Shown here: piece after piece, positions 26,372 through 36,763 of the stretch
Numbering within the stretch: position 1 is the stretch's first letter
Layout: each line of letters opens with the position of its first letter
IMG/VR virus record: IMGVR_UViG_3300035698_012128
Span: 30,672-94,671 of that record
Length of the DNA: 64,000 nt
Reading direction: 5' to 3' (one strand)
Origin: a virus
The notes under the pieces: model-generated
What the model was told of the DNA's origin: nothing
Seen by the model: only the letters and a program-made list of their open reading frames with translations
Databases searched by the model: none
Program-made: the position numbers and the translations under genes

Positions 26372-26380
26372 ACAAAAAAA

Positions 26381-26713
26381 ATGGATAATCAAGAAAGCAA
26401 TTTACCAAAAAGAAGAGGAAGAAAAGCAGGTGATACAAAAATCATTTCTAAAATCATTGATCCTTCTTTAGCACCGTATGAAATACATATCGAAGAAAAA
26501 GGATTTAATGTAGTCGACAGTAGAAAAGGAGATAGTAATGGGTTTGTAGGTGCTTTCACTAGTGTTGAGTATGCTGTTAAGAAAATACTAGATTTTAATG
26601 TAGCTAACAAAGGTAAAACATATACTATGACCGAGTATATTAGAGAAATTAAAGAAGTAAATAAACAATTAACAAGGATAATAAATGGGGAGGAAATTAA
26701 AAGCACGGAATAA
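26381..26713 (+). CDS. hypothetical protein with KRRGRK AT-hook-like motif
   Basis: LPKRRGRKAG. Confidence 0.6.
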   Translation: MDNQESNLPKRRGRKAGDTKIISKIIDPSLAPYEIHIEEKGFNVVDSRKGDSNGFVGAFTSVEYAVKKILDFNVANKGKTYTMTEYIREIKEVNKQLTRIINGEEIKSTE

Positions 26714-26963
26714 TAATGTAATATGTACTACATTAGATCCGAAAAAATTTAAAAAAGTTGGTGCTATCATAGTTCCGGATATGGGGAGGGAAAAACCCAT
26801 GTTCGGAGTTATAGTATCCAAAGGTGAGTTAGTGACTAATTTTAGTGTGGGGGAGGAAATATTGTTACCTAAGATAGGAACCATGAGGTTCGAATTTGAA
26901 AGTCAAGAATATTACTCTATCGAGGCCATAAATATAACAGGAGTAATAACAGAAGAAAAATGA
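26685..26963 (+). CDS. groES: co-chaperonin GroES-like
   Basis: GAIIVPD mobile loop, GVIVSKG, VGEEILL; directly before groEL. Confidence 0.75.
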   Translation: MGRKLKARNNNVICTTLDPKKFKKVGAIIVPDMGREKPMFGVIVSKGELVTNFSVGEEILLPKIGTMRFEFESQEYYSIEAINITGVITEEK

Positions 26964-28555
26964 ATAAAATAAAAAAAGGGAATGACGCCCGTAAGTCAAT
27001 TATTGATGGTGTAAAAATAGTTAGTGATGCTGTAGCGGCAACACTAGGACCCTCAGGTAGAAATGTTTTATATATGGATAACGGAGAGGTTAAGTCTACT
27101 AAAGACGGGGTGACTGTGGCTAAAAATATTCATGGGGTTGGCGATCCTTCCACGGATATGGGGATTAATTTAATTAAACAAGCTTCTATTAAAACATTAA
27201 ACGCAGTTGGTGATGGTACTACAACTACCACATTGATTACTAAAATGTTGGTAGAAGGTGGATTTAATAATTTTGATATTAAAAATAATCCCAATGAGAT
27301 AAAAAACAAACTCCAAGAACAAGCCCAAAAAGTAGATGATTATTTAGTATCAAAAACAACACCAATTAAGAATAATGCACAAATTAAAAATATAGCTACT
27401 ATTTCAGCTAATGGAGATGCATTTATTGGTGAGTTGATTACTCAAGCCATTACTAATGTTGGAATAGACGGGGTAGTAAATGTAGAAATTTCAGATTCTG
27501 GAGAGACTCATTTGGAAAATGTTGAAGGTATAGTCTTAGAAGATGGATTTAAATCCATATATTTTGTTACTGACAACGAAAGTATGATGTGTAAATATAA
27601 TGATCCTATAATATTATTATATAATGGGAAACTAAATTCAGTAGAATCATTATTACCATTAATGAACCATTGCTCTGAATTAGCACGACCGTTAGTAATT
27701 ATAGCAGAAGATATTGAAGGCGAAGCATTATCTACAATGTTGATGAATAAAGCTAAAAATATATTACCATCAGTAGCTATTAAATTATCAGATTATGGTG
27801 ATAGTAGAGCGTTGGTGATGGAAGATTTAGCGATTATGACTGGGGGGATGGTAGTAGATCCTAAAAGAGGACATGAATTATCAGATTTTGATGTCACCTG
27901 GTTAGGTAGTTCTCGAAGTATTAACATTGACAAGAAAAGTACAATAATTATTGATCCTAAGGGTGGTAAAGAAGCTATAATTGATAGGCAAAATCAATTG
28001 AAGACATTATTGGATAATTCTGCATCAGGTTATATGACTGAAAAACTACAAGAACGTATTGGAAAGTTGTGTGGGGGTATTAGTATCATACATATATGCG
28101 GTGATAGTAGGATTCAAATGAATGAAACTAAAGATAGAGTAGATGATGCATTACACGCAACAAAAGCGGCTATTGATGAAGGTATATCCGTAGGTGGTGG
28201 TATCGCTTTATTTAATGCTGCTCGTGTGATAGATATTATTGAAGAAGATTCAATTATGTATTCGGCTTTATTGTCTCCTTTTAGGCAAATACTTACTAAT
28301 GCTGGTTATACAGAAACAAGCATTAACTTTTACATAGGAGAACTTACTTCCCACCCAAGCCTTGATGTGGGTGTTGATGTTATTAATGGTGGTTTGATTG
28401 ATTATATGGACCGAGGTATTGTAGATCCTACTAAAGTGATAAGAACGGCATTAAAGAATGCGGTATCAATTGCTACTACAGTATTACTTACTGAATGTAT
28501 CATAGTGACCGAAGAATCAGAAGCACCAAACAATCTACCAGAATTTAATTTATAA
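26960..28555 (+). CDS. groEL: chaperonin GroEL
   Basis: TLGPSGRNV, KDGVTVAK, GDGTTT, DRVDDAL.ATKAA, GGG, IVDP. Confidence 0.95.
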   Translation: MNKIKKGNDARKSIIDGVKIVSDAVAATLGPSGRNVLYMDNGEVKSTKDGVTVAKNIHGVGDPSTDMGINLIKQASIKTLNAVGDGTTTTTLITKMLVEGGFNNFDIKNNPNEIKNKLQEQAQKVDDYLVSKTTPIKNNAQIKNIATISANGDAFIGELITQAITNVGIDGVVNVEISDSGETHLENVEGIVLEDGFKSIYFVTDNESMMCKYNDPIILLYNGKLNSVESLLPLMNHCSELARPLVIIAEDIEGEALSTMLMNKAKNILPSVAIKLSDYGDSRALVMEDLAIMTGGMVVDPKRGHELSDFDVTWLGSSRSINIDKKSTIIIDPKGGKEAIIDRQNQLKTLLDNSASGYMTEKLQERIGKLCGGISIIHICGDSRIQMNETKDRVDDALHATKAAIDEGISVGGGIALFNAARVIDIIEEDSIMYSALLSPFRQILTNAGYTETSINFYIGELTSHPSLDVGVDVINGGLIDYMDRGIVDPTKVIRTALKNAVSIATTVLLTECIIVTEESEAPNNLPEFNL

Positions 28556-28911
28556 TGGGACATTTACCTGAAATGGAAGGGGTGATGAAAAAGTGTTGTG
28601 GGTTATGTCCCTATAGTAGGGAGGGCACATTATTTTTACACCCGGAAAGAGCAGAAGAATTTGCTTATCAAGCTGACAACCCATATAATGATTTTGTATG
28701 TCATAAAACTGGTGTTGATTATGAAGGGAATGATTTTGATCATGATGGGGATATCGTTAGGGGTGTTAAGTCTTTAACGTGTATGGGTTTTGCCTCCATG
28801 CAACATAGTATTAACAATGGAGATAGTAGCTTTATAGTAGATATTGATGCCTTTGAAGATACTTGGGAAATGATAGAGTACCATACAGAAGCATACGATT
28901 CTAAACAATAG
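28555..28911 (+). CDS. Cys-rich hypothetical protein
   Basis: CGLCPYSR...FVCHKT...CMG. Confidence 0.6.
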   Translation: MGHLPEMEGVMKKCCGLCPYSREGTLFLHPERAEEFAYQADNPYNDFVCHKTGVDYEGNDFDHDGDIVRGVKSLTCMGFASMQHSINNGDSSFIVDIDAFEDTWEMIEYHTEAYDSKQ

Positions 28912-28961
28912 GTTATTTTCTCATGTATATTATTATATATTTTTAATTTAAACTAAAACAG

Positions 28962-29864
28962 ATGAAGGAATTATGGGTCGAGAAGTATAGACCGTTTGTA
29001 TTATCAGATTATGTTGGTAATACAGATATAAAAGATAAATTTAGTAAGTATATAGATGATGGGGTCATACCCCATCTTCTGCTATATGGTATACCAGGTA
29101 CTGGTAAAACAACGATGGCTAAAATATTATATAAAAATATTGAATGTGACCATTTATATATAAATGCATCGGATGAGAATGGAATTAATACTATACGAGA
29201 TAAGGTAAAAAATTTCGCATCATTCTCTAGCTTCAAACCACTCAAAATAATAGTGTTAGATGAGGCTGATAGGTTATCACCCGAAGCTCAAGATTCATTG
29301 AGGAATGTAATTGAAACATTTTCTCAAAAAACACGATTTATACTGACGTGTAATTACATAGATAGATTAATACCGGCATTACAATCCAGGATGCAATCAT
29401 TCAAAATTGAAACTTTAGCTAAAGAAACTATATTCGCCAGGGTTGAACACATAATGGGTGAAGAAGGGATAAAATTTGAATTTAAAGATTTGGTATCTAT
29501 TATAAAGATACATTATCCTGATATTAGGAAGATAACAAATACATGCCAGAAATATTCATTAAATGGGAGGTTAGATATATCTTCATTGTCCCATGGTATT
29601 GATATAAACTATATATCAACAGTAATAAAATCAACAAGTACTAAATCAAATAAGTTTATAAATATCAGAAAGTATATAGCTGAAAATAATTTGAGGGATT
29701 TTGCCTTGGTATATAATGAATTATTTAATGATATAGAAAATATATTCCCTGGTAAAGAAGCAAATGCGTGTCTTGTTATAGCTGAATACCAATTCAAAGA
29801 TATTACATCTACAGATAAAGAAATCAATGTTATGGCTATGTTCAGCCAATTAATACAATTATAA
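28962..29864 (+). CDS. clamp loader ATPase subunit (RFC small subunit/gp44-like)
   Basis: LWVEKYRP, GIPGTGKTT, LDEAD, QSRM. Confidence 0.92.
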   Translation: MKELWVEKYRPFVLSDYVGNTDIKDKFSKYIDDGVIPHLLLYGIPGTGKTTMAKILYKNIECDHLYINASDENGINTIRDKVKNFASFSSFKPLKIIVLDEADRLSPEAQDSLRNVIETFSQKTRFILTCNYIDRLIPALQSRMQSFKIETLAKETIFARVEHIMGEEGIKFEFKDLVSIIKIHYPDIRKITNTCQKYSLNGRLDISSLSHGIDINYISTVIKSTSTKSNKFINIRKYIAENNLRDFALVYNELFNDIENIFPGKEANACLVIAEYQFKDITSTDKEINVMAMFSQLIQL

Positions 29865-29937
29865 TTTTTTATTATAAAAGTTTCTTTTTAAATTAAGGTC
29901 TAATTAAAAATACAAAAAACAATTAAAAATTGAGTTT

Positions 29938-30288
29938 ATGGCAGAATTAAAAAACAAAGGAACATTTGCTAGTATGCTGGTGCGTACAAATTCCAAACTA
30001 AGAACAGACAGAGGTCTTATCATAGTTGGTGCTACTGAGAAAAGTTATCGTAGAACTATTGAAGATTTGCAAGATGAGATGGACAATTTAACAATTGATC
30101 AATCTAGTATGATGGATATCAATCCTGGTAATACTCAGACTATCATAAACCCAACAGATTTTGATCATGCGGGTTATGTTAAAAGGGATTTGGAAATGGG
30201 GATTAGAATCAGAAATACCCAGATTAAATTAGAGGTAGCAAAAGAAAGATATGAAGCATTATTTACAGCACAAAAAGAAGAAGAATAA
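29938..30288 (+). CDS. coiled-coil hypothetical protein
   Basis: First gene of a promoter-led three-gene unit. Confidence 0.65.
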   Translation: MAELKNKGTFASMLVRTNSKLRTDRGLIIVGATEKSYRRTIEDLQDEMDNLTIDQSSMMDINPGNTQTIINPTDFDHAGYVKRDLEMGIRIRNTQIKLEVAKERYEALFTAQKEEE

Positions 30289-30290
30289 TT

Positions 30291-31151
30291 ATGGGATCAG
30301 GGGGGTATAATTTTAACAGTAGAACAGCAAGAATAGATGATTTAGGGGTGATGGACCTAAGTATCGAACAAACATTTAAAAGCAGGGAAATACATGAATC
30401 CATGAAACCTGAAAATGCTTTGTTAAGAGAGAGTAGAGACTCTGACAATCATCCTAATAGTTTTCCAATCGTTATTGGATTAGATGTTACAGCATCCATG
30501 GGAAACATACCAAAACATTTTATGGATCATGGGTTACCAAAAATAATTTCTGGTTTGATGGAGGTAGGTATACCAGACCCACAAATATTACTGTTAGGTA
30601 TTGGAGATCATAAAAGTGATAAATCACCACTACAGGTAGGTCAATTTGAATCTGCTGATGAAGAGATGGATATGTGGTTAGAAAGAATATGGTTAGAAAG
30701 TGGTGGTGGTGGTAATGGTGGTGAATCATACAAACTAGCATGGTATTATGCCGCTAACCATATTGTGACTGATGCTTTTGAAAAACGTGGTCAGAAAGGT
30801 ATGATTATTACTATTGGTGATGAAGCGGCTCATGATGTAATCCCAAAAAGAGAGATAGAGAGGATATTTAATGGGAAGTTGAACATTGAAGATAATGATA
30901 ATTTGAAGACAACCGCAGAACATAAGTGGGATCTATTCCATATTAATGTAGCTGGTACGTACAACACTCAATACTCACAACCTTATTGGGATAAGGAGTT
31001 AGGAGAACGAGTAAAACACATCGAGGATATAAACGATATACCAATGATTATCAAGCATTTAGCTGTGGGTGTTTATGAAATCAATAACCCAGTTGTAATG
31101 CGGGGTGCTCCTGTACATCCCAACCAGGAGGATGAAGAAATTATTTTGTAA
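30291..31151 (+). CDS. vWA-domain protein
   Basis: MIDAS-like LDVTASMG, GGGG, TIGDE. Confidence 0.8.
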   Translation: MGSGGYNFNSRTARIDDLGVMDLSIEQTFKSREIHESMKPENALLRESRDSDNHPNSFPIVIGLDVTASMGNIPKHFMDHGLPKIISGLMEVGIPDPQILLLGIGDHKSDKSPLQVGQFESADEEMDMWLERIWLESGGGGNGGESYKLAWYYAANHIVTDAFEKRGQKGMIITIGDEAAHDVIPKREIERIFNGKLNIEDNDNLKTTAEHKWDLFHINVAGTYNTQYSQPYWDKELGERVKHIEDINDIPMIIKHLAVGVYEINNPVVMRGAPVHPNQEDEEIIL

Positions 31152-31158
31152 TTAACTA

Positions 31159-31184
31159 TGGGGGTGTAATTTTATACACCCCCA
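31159..31184. promoter_or_regulatory. intergenic hairpin
   Basis: TGGGGGTGTA/TACACCCCCA. Confidence 0.55.
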
Positions 31185-31200
31185 AAACCAAACAAACTAC

Positions 31201-32358
31201 ATGTCTAAAATAAATATAACTGTAGGCTTAGCTTATGGTGATGAGGGTAAAGGTATGGTTACTAACTCTCATTTCAATGATGGTTCTAATCATTTATCAA
31301 AAATTGGGGTTAGATTTAGTGGCGGTCATCAAGCAGGCCATAATGTTGTATTACCTAATGGTATAAAACACATCCATTCCATTTTTGCTAGTGGTGCTAT
31401 TTCAGGATATGAAAGTTACCTTACAGAGCATTGTGTATTTTGCCCGTTATCTCTACAAATAGAAAGCGCGATAATAAAAAGTAAGATTGGGAAGAAACCG
31501 AAAATATCAATTCACCCATTCGCTATGTTGGTAACTCCATTTGATATTGTATTTAACAAATTTAAGGAAAAATATCATAATATTCAAACATCTTGTGGTC
31601 AAGGTATAGGTGCAACCATGGAAAGGAATATACAGTCACATTATAGTTTGAGAGCGGTAGACGTATTACACCCACACGTTTTTCTAAGGAAGTTATCTAA
31701 TATTCAAAAATACTATAGTGATAAAATGGAAGAGTATGGAACCACTTTACATGAATGGATTAATGAATTTAATATGCTTGAAGAGATTGATGAATTCAAG
31801 AGCAAATATATGAACGATTGGCAACTAAGAGACTATAGTATGTTAAGCGGATATAGCCAAATAAACTTTGAAGGTAGTCAAGGATTAATGTTAGATCAGA
31901 ATTTTGGTATATTTCCTGAGGTGACATATGCCAATACTACTATCAAAAACGCATTGGAAGTACTTGATCATATGCATTCAGTAGATAGTTTAAAAGTATG
32001 GAACTGTAGTAGAGCATATACGACTAGACATGGTGATGGTTACATTAATGGTCATAGAGATATTGAAGTAGGAAATGTAAGTGAAACAAACCAAGATAAC
32101 GAAAATCAAGGAAAATTTAAAGTGCGACCATTAGACTATGATGTATTAAATTACGCACTCAAGGTAAATGGTACTTTACTAAAGGGATGGGTAGCTGGTC
32201 ATAAAGAATTGGCTCATGGTCAATGCCCACTATTCCTGTTAGTTATAACATGCATGGATCACATTCCGATAGACACCTTTGATGAGTGTAAATTACCATC
32301 ATATGTTTTAGACGATATATATTATTCTGATAATCCTCTCAGTACAATATATAGATAA
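31201..32358 (+). CDS. divergent adenylosuccinate synthetase-like protein
   Basis: GDEGKG, GGHQAGH, EGSQG.MLD, AYTTRHG. Confidence 0.85.
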   Translation: MSKINITVGLAYGDEGKGMVTNSHFNDGSNHLSKIGVRFSGGHQAGHNVVLPNGIKHIHSIFASGAISGYESYLTEHCVFCPLSLQIESAIIKSKIGKKPKISIHPFAMLVTPFDIVFNKFKEKYHNIQTSCGQGIGATMERNIQSHYSLRAVDVLHPHVFLRKLSNIQKYYSDKMEEYGTTLHEWINEFNMLEEIDEFKSKYMNDWQLRDYSMLSGYSQINFEGSQGLMLDQNFGIFPEVTYANTTIKNALEVLDHMHSVDSLKVWNCSRAYTTRHGDGYINGHRDIEVGNVSETNQDNENQGKFKVRPLDYDVLNYALKVNGTLLKGWVAGHKELAHGQCPLFLLVITCMDHIPIDTFDECKLPSYVLDDIYYSDNPLSTIYR

Positions 32359-32421
32359 TATAAAAGTTTCTTTTTAGATTAAAGTGTAATAAAAAATAAT
32401 AAATTTAACTAACAAAAAAAG

Positions 32422-32802
32422 ATGAAAAACTTAACAATGTTCTTATTATTAATTATGTCATTCCAAGTGTATGCTTTTGAAAGTATGCCGAATGATACCG
32501 TAACTTTAACGACGTATAACGCCGTACCTGGACAAACTGATGACACCCCTGATATTACAGCTTCTGGGTTTAAACTCGATTTGATTAATCCATTTAAGCA
32601 TAAAATAATTGCTGTAAGTAGAGATTTGCTAAAAATATATTCATATGGTGATAAAGTAAGAATCACAGGTACTAAAATATATGATGGTATTTACTATATT
32701 GAAGACACCATGGCCAAACGGTGGGTAAAGAGAATAGACATTTTAATAAATATAAATGGATATCACACAAGATTAGAACAAATAATAATTACAAAAATAT
32801 GA
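32422..32802 (+). CDS. secreted 3D-domain (MltA-like) peptidoglycan protein
   Basis: Signal peptide, QTDDTPDITASG, AVSRD, EDTM, RIDI. Confidence 0.8.
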   Translation: MKNLTMFLLLIMSFQVYAFESMPNDTVTLTTYNAVPGQTDDTPDITASGFKLDLINPFKHKIIAVSRDLLKIYSYGDKVRITGTKIYDGIYYIEDTMAKRWVKRIDILININGYHTRLEQIIITKI

Positions 32803-33170
32803 GATTGATCAACAACAAAAAACCATTTAAAGCACATATAATCGATGTGTTCAACAACTCAGTAAAGGGTGGACATTTAGTCCACCCTAACGGGTTCAGT
32901 ATTTCATTAACACCGGGAACTTTATATAGGACCTTAAAACCAGTATTAACAAATGAAACACAAAATATGGGTTGGCAGAGTGGTGTGAGGTTTGTTAAAG
33001 AAGATATAGGACCTGAAGTGATAATTCCCGCAGATGCTACTATAAAGAAACCAGACACAATAGCTGGGATAACTGATAGATTTATCTTGCCTTTTCCTTG
33101 GTATATTATATTGGGGAGATTAATACTCCTTTATAAAAACCCAACTTACAACAATGAAAAATACATTTAA
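32721..33170 (+). CDS. hypothetical protein (start probably about 32799)
   Basis: Co-directional ORF. Confidence 0.5.
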   Translation: MGKENRHFNKYKWISHKIRTNNNYKNMRLINNKKPFKAHIIDVFNNSVKGGHLVHPNGFSISLTPGTLYRTLKPVLTNETQNMGWQSGVRFVKEDIGPEVIIPADATIKKPDTIAGITDRFILPFPWYIILGRLILLYKNPTYNNEKYI

Positions 33171-33173
33171 ATT

Positions 33174-33545
33174 ATGAATGATTTTAATAGGTCAAAAAAT
33201 AAATTCAGAATTGGCTGGCGAAAGTTTTGGAGATCAAAAGTTAAGAAAACTGAATATGAAAGAATAATAAAAAGTATTATATCAGGATATATTTCATTTG
33301 AACATTGTATAATTATTCAATCTGATAATTACATTATTAAATTAGATGATAATATAATTGTTATTGATAGATACGAAAAGAGCGTTAAAATGGCTATTAG
33401 TGATATGTATACCGAAGTCAGTATTAGTTCACATACCTTAGATGAAATTATCCATGATGTTGATAAAAGTGTTAAATTATATATGAACCAGATAATAAAC
33501 ACTCTTAACGACGTTAGAATATACAAATTAAAACAACAATTTTGA
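33174..33545 (+). CDS. hypothetical protein
   Basis: Co-directional ORF. Confidence 0.55.
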   Translation: MNDFNRSKNKFRIGWRKFWRSKVKKTEYERIIKSIISGYISFEHCIIIQSDNYIIKLDDNIIVIDRYEKSVKMAISDMYTEVSISSHTLDEIIHDVDKSVKLYMNQIINTLNDVRIYKLKQQF

Positions 33546-33546
33546 A

Positions 33547-33798
33547 ATGAGTAAACCGTTAGATATATTAGATTTAAACGATTTGTATTGCGAGAATGAA
33601 ACCTGCATGAACATTATATTTGAACAATTATACACATTGAAAGTAGTTCCTAAAATGCTAAGTGGTACTGGGAAAGATGAAATAATTCCCGTCCCAACAT
33701 GGGAATGTTCTTCATGTGGTACTATACAACTTTCATTATTACCAAAACCTACCCCTAAAAAAGGTAAAGTAATACCTTTTCCCTCTAAAAAACAATAA
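33547..33798 (+). CDS. zinc-ribbon protein
   Basis: CENETC...CSSCG. Confidence 0.65.
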   Translation: MSKPLDILDLNDLYCENETCMNIIFEQLYTLKVVPKMLSGTGKDEIIPVPTWECSSCGTIQLSLLPKPTPKKGKVIPFPSKKQ

Positions 33799-33802
33799 AT
33801 AA

Positions 33803-34255
33803 ATGACAATATTTGATTGGTTAGATCATATATCTAATACTAAACGTAGTTGGGATTCATTTACTGAATCAGAACAGAATACTTTTAATGCATTCATGAT
33901 TAATCGTTTCATAAGTATGGAACCTAACTACGTGATATTGATCAATTACATTAAAAATCTTGGGTTGTCAAATAAAAATTTATATATAACTTACATACAA
34001 TTACTCCCGAAAGGTAAAAAATTTTATAAATATATAAAGCCTACTAAAAGTAAATGGAATAAAGAACAAATAATGTTTGTAGCTAACAAATTAGAATTAT
34101 CTAGTAGTGATATTATATCATATCTCGAAGTAACAGACGGAAAATTATTACTAAAATCAACTCTTAATGAGTTAGGATATAATGAAAAAAATACCAAAAA
34201 TACTAAAATTAATAAGGGAGTTAAAAACTCCAAGACCACATTACAGAAAAAATAA
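33803..34255 (+). CDS. probable clamp loader small subunit (gp62-like)
   Basis: IFDWL..I, FMINRFISM, K.FYKYIK. Confidence 0.65.
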   Translation: MTIFDWLDHISNTKRSWDSFTESEQNTFNAFMINRFISMEPNYVILINYIKNLGLSNKNLYITYIQLLPKGKKFYKYIKPTKSKWNKEQIMFVANKLELSSSDIISYLEVTDGKLLLKSTLNELGYNEKNTKNTKINKGVKNSKTTLQKK

Positions 34256-35120
34256 AGTATTATCATTTTCACAATTCAGTAAATATAATACATGTAAACA
34301 TTCATGGGAATTACATTACGCTAAGAAATTAAGCGTATTCACTGACTCCATACATACAGTATTTGGTACGGCAATACATGAAACTGTCCAAAGTTACGTA
34401 TCCACCATATATAATATAAGTGGGACATTTGCTGATAAAACAGATCTTAACCAATTGTTTTATGACAACTTAGTTAATGAATATAAAGCTAAGGTCACCA
34501 AAAATAAAGGTGTACATTTCAGTAATAATGATGAATTCTTATCCTTCTATGAGGATGGAGTCAACATAATGAATTACATTAAGAAAAATCGTAATCTTTA
34601 TTTTCCTAAACGTGGTTACCATTTAGTGGGATGTGAATTCCCTGTACTCCAACTAGTAGATGGGAATAATGAAAAAATTCAATTCTACGGTAGTATAGAT
34701 ATTTTATTATATGATGAACGTTTAGATAGATTTATAGTAATTGATTTAAAAACATCAACACGTGGTTGGAAAGATTATGATAAGAAAGACAAGAATAAAA
34801 CAGACCAATTATTATTGTATAAGATCTTTTTAGCACAACAATATAGTTTAGATGTTAATAAAGTTGATGTTGAATATGTTATATTAAAACGTAAACTAAT
34901 TGAGAATTTAGACTATCCACAAAAACGTATACAATCTTTCAAACCTGTAGATGGTAAAACATCAGTAAGTAGAGTACAACGTGAATTTAAAGAATTTGTC
35001 GAATTTTGTTTTAGTGAAGATGGTAAACCATTAGATAAAACATACATGAAAGAACCAAGTGAGTGGAATTGTAGATTTTGTGAATTTGGAATGAATGAAA
35101 TGTGTGATAAGAAAAATTAA
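34182..35120 (+). CDS. Cas4-like PD-(D/E)XK nuclease
   Basis: SFSQ..YNTC, GTAIHE, GSID, IDLKT, QL.LY, CRFC...C. Confidence 0.85.
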   Translation: MKKIPKILKLIRELKTPRPHYRKNKVLSFSQFSKYNTCKHSWELHYAKKLSVFTDSIHTVFGTAIHETVQSYVSTIYNISGTFADKTDLNQLFYDNLVNEYKAKVTKNKGVHFSNNDEFLSFYEDGVNIMNYIKKNRNLYFPKRGYHLVGCEFPVLQLVDGNNEKIQFYGSIDILLYDERLDRFIVIDLKTSTRGWKDYDKKDKNKTDQLLLYKIFLAQQYSLDVNKVDVEYVILKRKLIENLDYPQKRIQSFKPVDGKTSVSRVQREFKEFVEFCFSEDGKPLDKTYMKEPSEWNCRFCEFGMNEMCDKKN

Positions 35121-35170
35121 CGAATATATTTTTGTTATATATTTATATACGAATAAAACCGTATATAAAA

Positions 35171-35377
35171 ATGAAAGGAAGTAAAAATACAGAATTAAAA
35201 CGAACGAGCCTCATGGTTCATGAAAAAATGTTTGATGATTTTAAAACAAAATGTATTGTTGATAAATTTAATCTGCAGAAATTATCTAATAGAGCGATGC
35301 ATATGTATTTAGAAAATGAAGAATTTAGAGAGTTGATAAGAAATTATAATAAGTTAATAACATCAGGTAGTTTATAA
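35171..35377 (+). CDS. small ribbon-helix-helix-like protein
   Basis: RTSLMV strand then two helices; ATG start preferred over upstream TTG. Confidence 0.55.
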   Translation: MKGSKNTELKRTSLMVHEKMFDDFKTKCIVDKFNLQKLSNRAMHMYLENEEFRELIRNYNKLITSGSL

Positions 35378-36760
35378 ATGAAGAAAGGTTATATAGAAAA
35401 AGATAAGAGAAAGACCATACTATTAATATGTGACGATATTAGAGATACCTCAGGTGTCGCCACTATGGCTCGTGAGATAGTAATGGGAACATGTCATGTA
35501 TTTAATTGGATTAATTTGGGGGGTAGAGTCCAACACGAAGATGTTGGTAAAGTATTAGACCTATCTAATGATTTATCAAGTATAAATAATATACCAGATG
35601 CTAATGTATTAATACACCCAGTTAATATGTTTGGTAATATTGAAGATGTGAGAAGAATATTAAATATACATAATGTTGATGGGATGATGATTTTCACTGA
35701 TCCAAGATATTTTGGTTATATATTTGATAACGAACGTGAAATTAGAAAAAGAGTACCATTAATGTATTACAACATATGGGACAACATGCCGGTACCTACA
35801 TATAATAAATCATTTTACAATTCATGTGATGCTTTATTCCCTATATCCAGACTAACAGAATATATTAATAATAGTTTGGCTACAAATGATCAAATAATAA
35901 AATATATACCTCATGGTGTTAATAAAGAAAATTTTAAACCACTACCTAATTCAGACGAATTAAAATTATTTCGTAAGAACATATTGCGAGGTCTAGACCC
36001 TGAATTTGTGTTACTATTTAATTCAAAAAACTTACTGAGAAAGAATGTTCCTAACACAATAAGATCATTCCATCACTTTCTTAATAATAATAGTCTTAGT
36101 GATGAAGAGAAAAAAAATTATGTACTATTATTACACACTAACCCTGCAGATAAAGCTGCAAGTAATTTAGTAGCAGTATGTGATTCAATATTTGGGGAAA
36201 AAGCATGGCTGGACAATATAGTATTCTCAACTAGTAAATTATCAGTTGAAGATATGAATATGATGTATAATATAGCTGATGCTACAATATTACTGTCAAA
36301 TACTGAAGGGTGGGGCTTATCAGTTAGCGAATCAATGATGGCTGACACGCCAGTTATTGCAACCGTAACAGGAGGGTTAAAAGATCAAATGGACCTCAAA
36401 TATATGGGTGATACTTTAACATTAAAACAAAATTCTGAATTAGGAGAATCAATTAACTTTGAATGGACTCAGCATGGTGGTTGGGTTATACCTATTAATC
36501 CCGTATCTCGTGTTATGGTTGGTTCTCAAGTCACACCATTCATATATGAAGATATAATAGACATTAAAAAGGTTTCCCTAGCAATAAGGGATATGTTTTA
36601 TTTTGTCAAAAACGAAAGCGTGGGTGGCAGTCGTGAGTGGTTATTAAGAAATGAAAGTAAACTAAATGCAGAAAGTATGTGTAAAGGTTTTATCGAAGGT
36701 ATAAATGAAACATTAGATAAATTCACACCCCGTTCTAATTTTGACATGATTAAAATATAA
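35378..36760 (+). CDS. GT4 (GT-B) glycosyltransferase
   Basis: IPHGV, RKN, EGWGLSVSESM, TGGL.DQ. Confidence 0.88.
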   Translation: MKKGYIEKDKRKTILLICDDIRDTSGVATMAREIVMGTCHVFNWINLGGRVQHEDVGKVLDLSNDLSSINNIPDANVLIHPVNMFGNIEDVRRILNIHNVDGMMIFTDPRYFGYIFDNEREIRKRVPLMYYNIWDNMPVPTYNKSFYNSCDALFPISRLTEYINNSLATNDQIIKYIPHGVNKENFKPLPNSDELKLFRKNILRGLDPEFVLLFNSKNLLRKNVPNTIRSFHHFLNNNSLSDEEKKNYVLLLHTNPADKAASNLVAVCDSIFGEKAWLDNIVFSTSKLSVEDMNMMYNIADATILLSNTEGWGLSVSESMMADTPVIATVTGGLKDQMDLKYMGDTLTLKQNSELGESINFEWTQHGGWVIPINPVSRVMVGSQVTPFIYEDIIDIKKVSLAIRDMFYFVKNESVGGSREWLLRNESKLNAESMCKGFIEGINETLDKFTPRSNFDMIKI

Positions 36761-36763
36761 AAA

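Noticed and set aside
31201-32358. PurZ (diaminopurine genome)
   Set aside because: Retains GDEGKG with Asp rather than the Ser typical of PurZ
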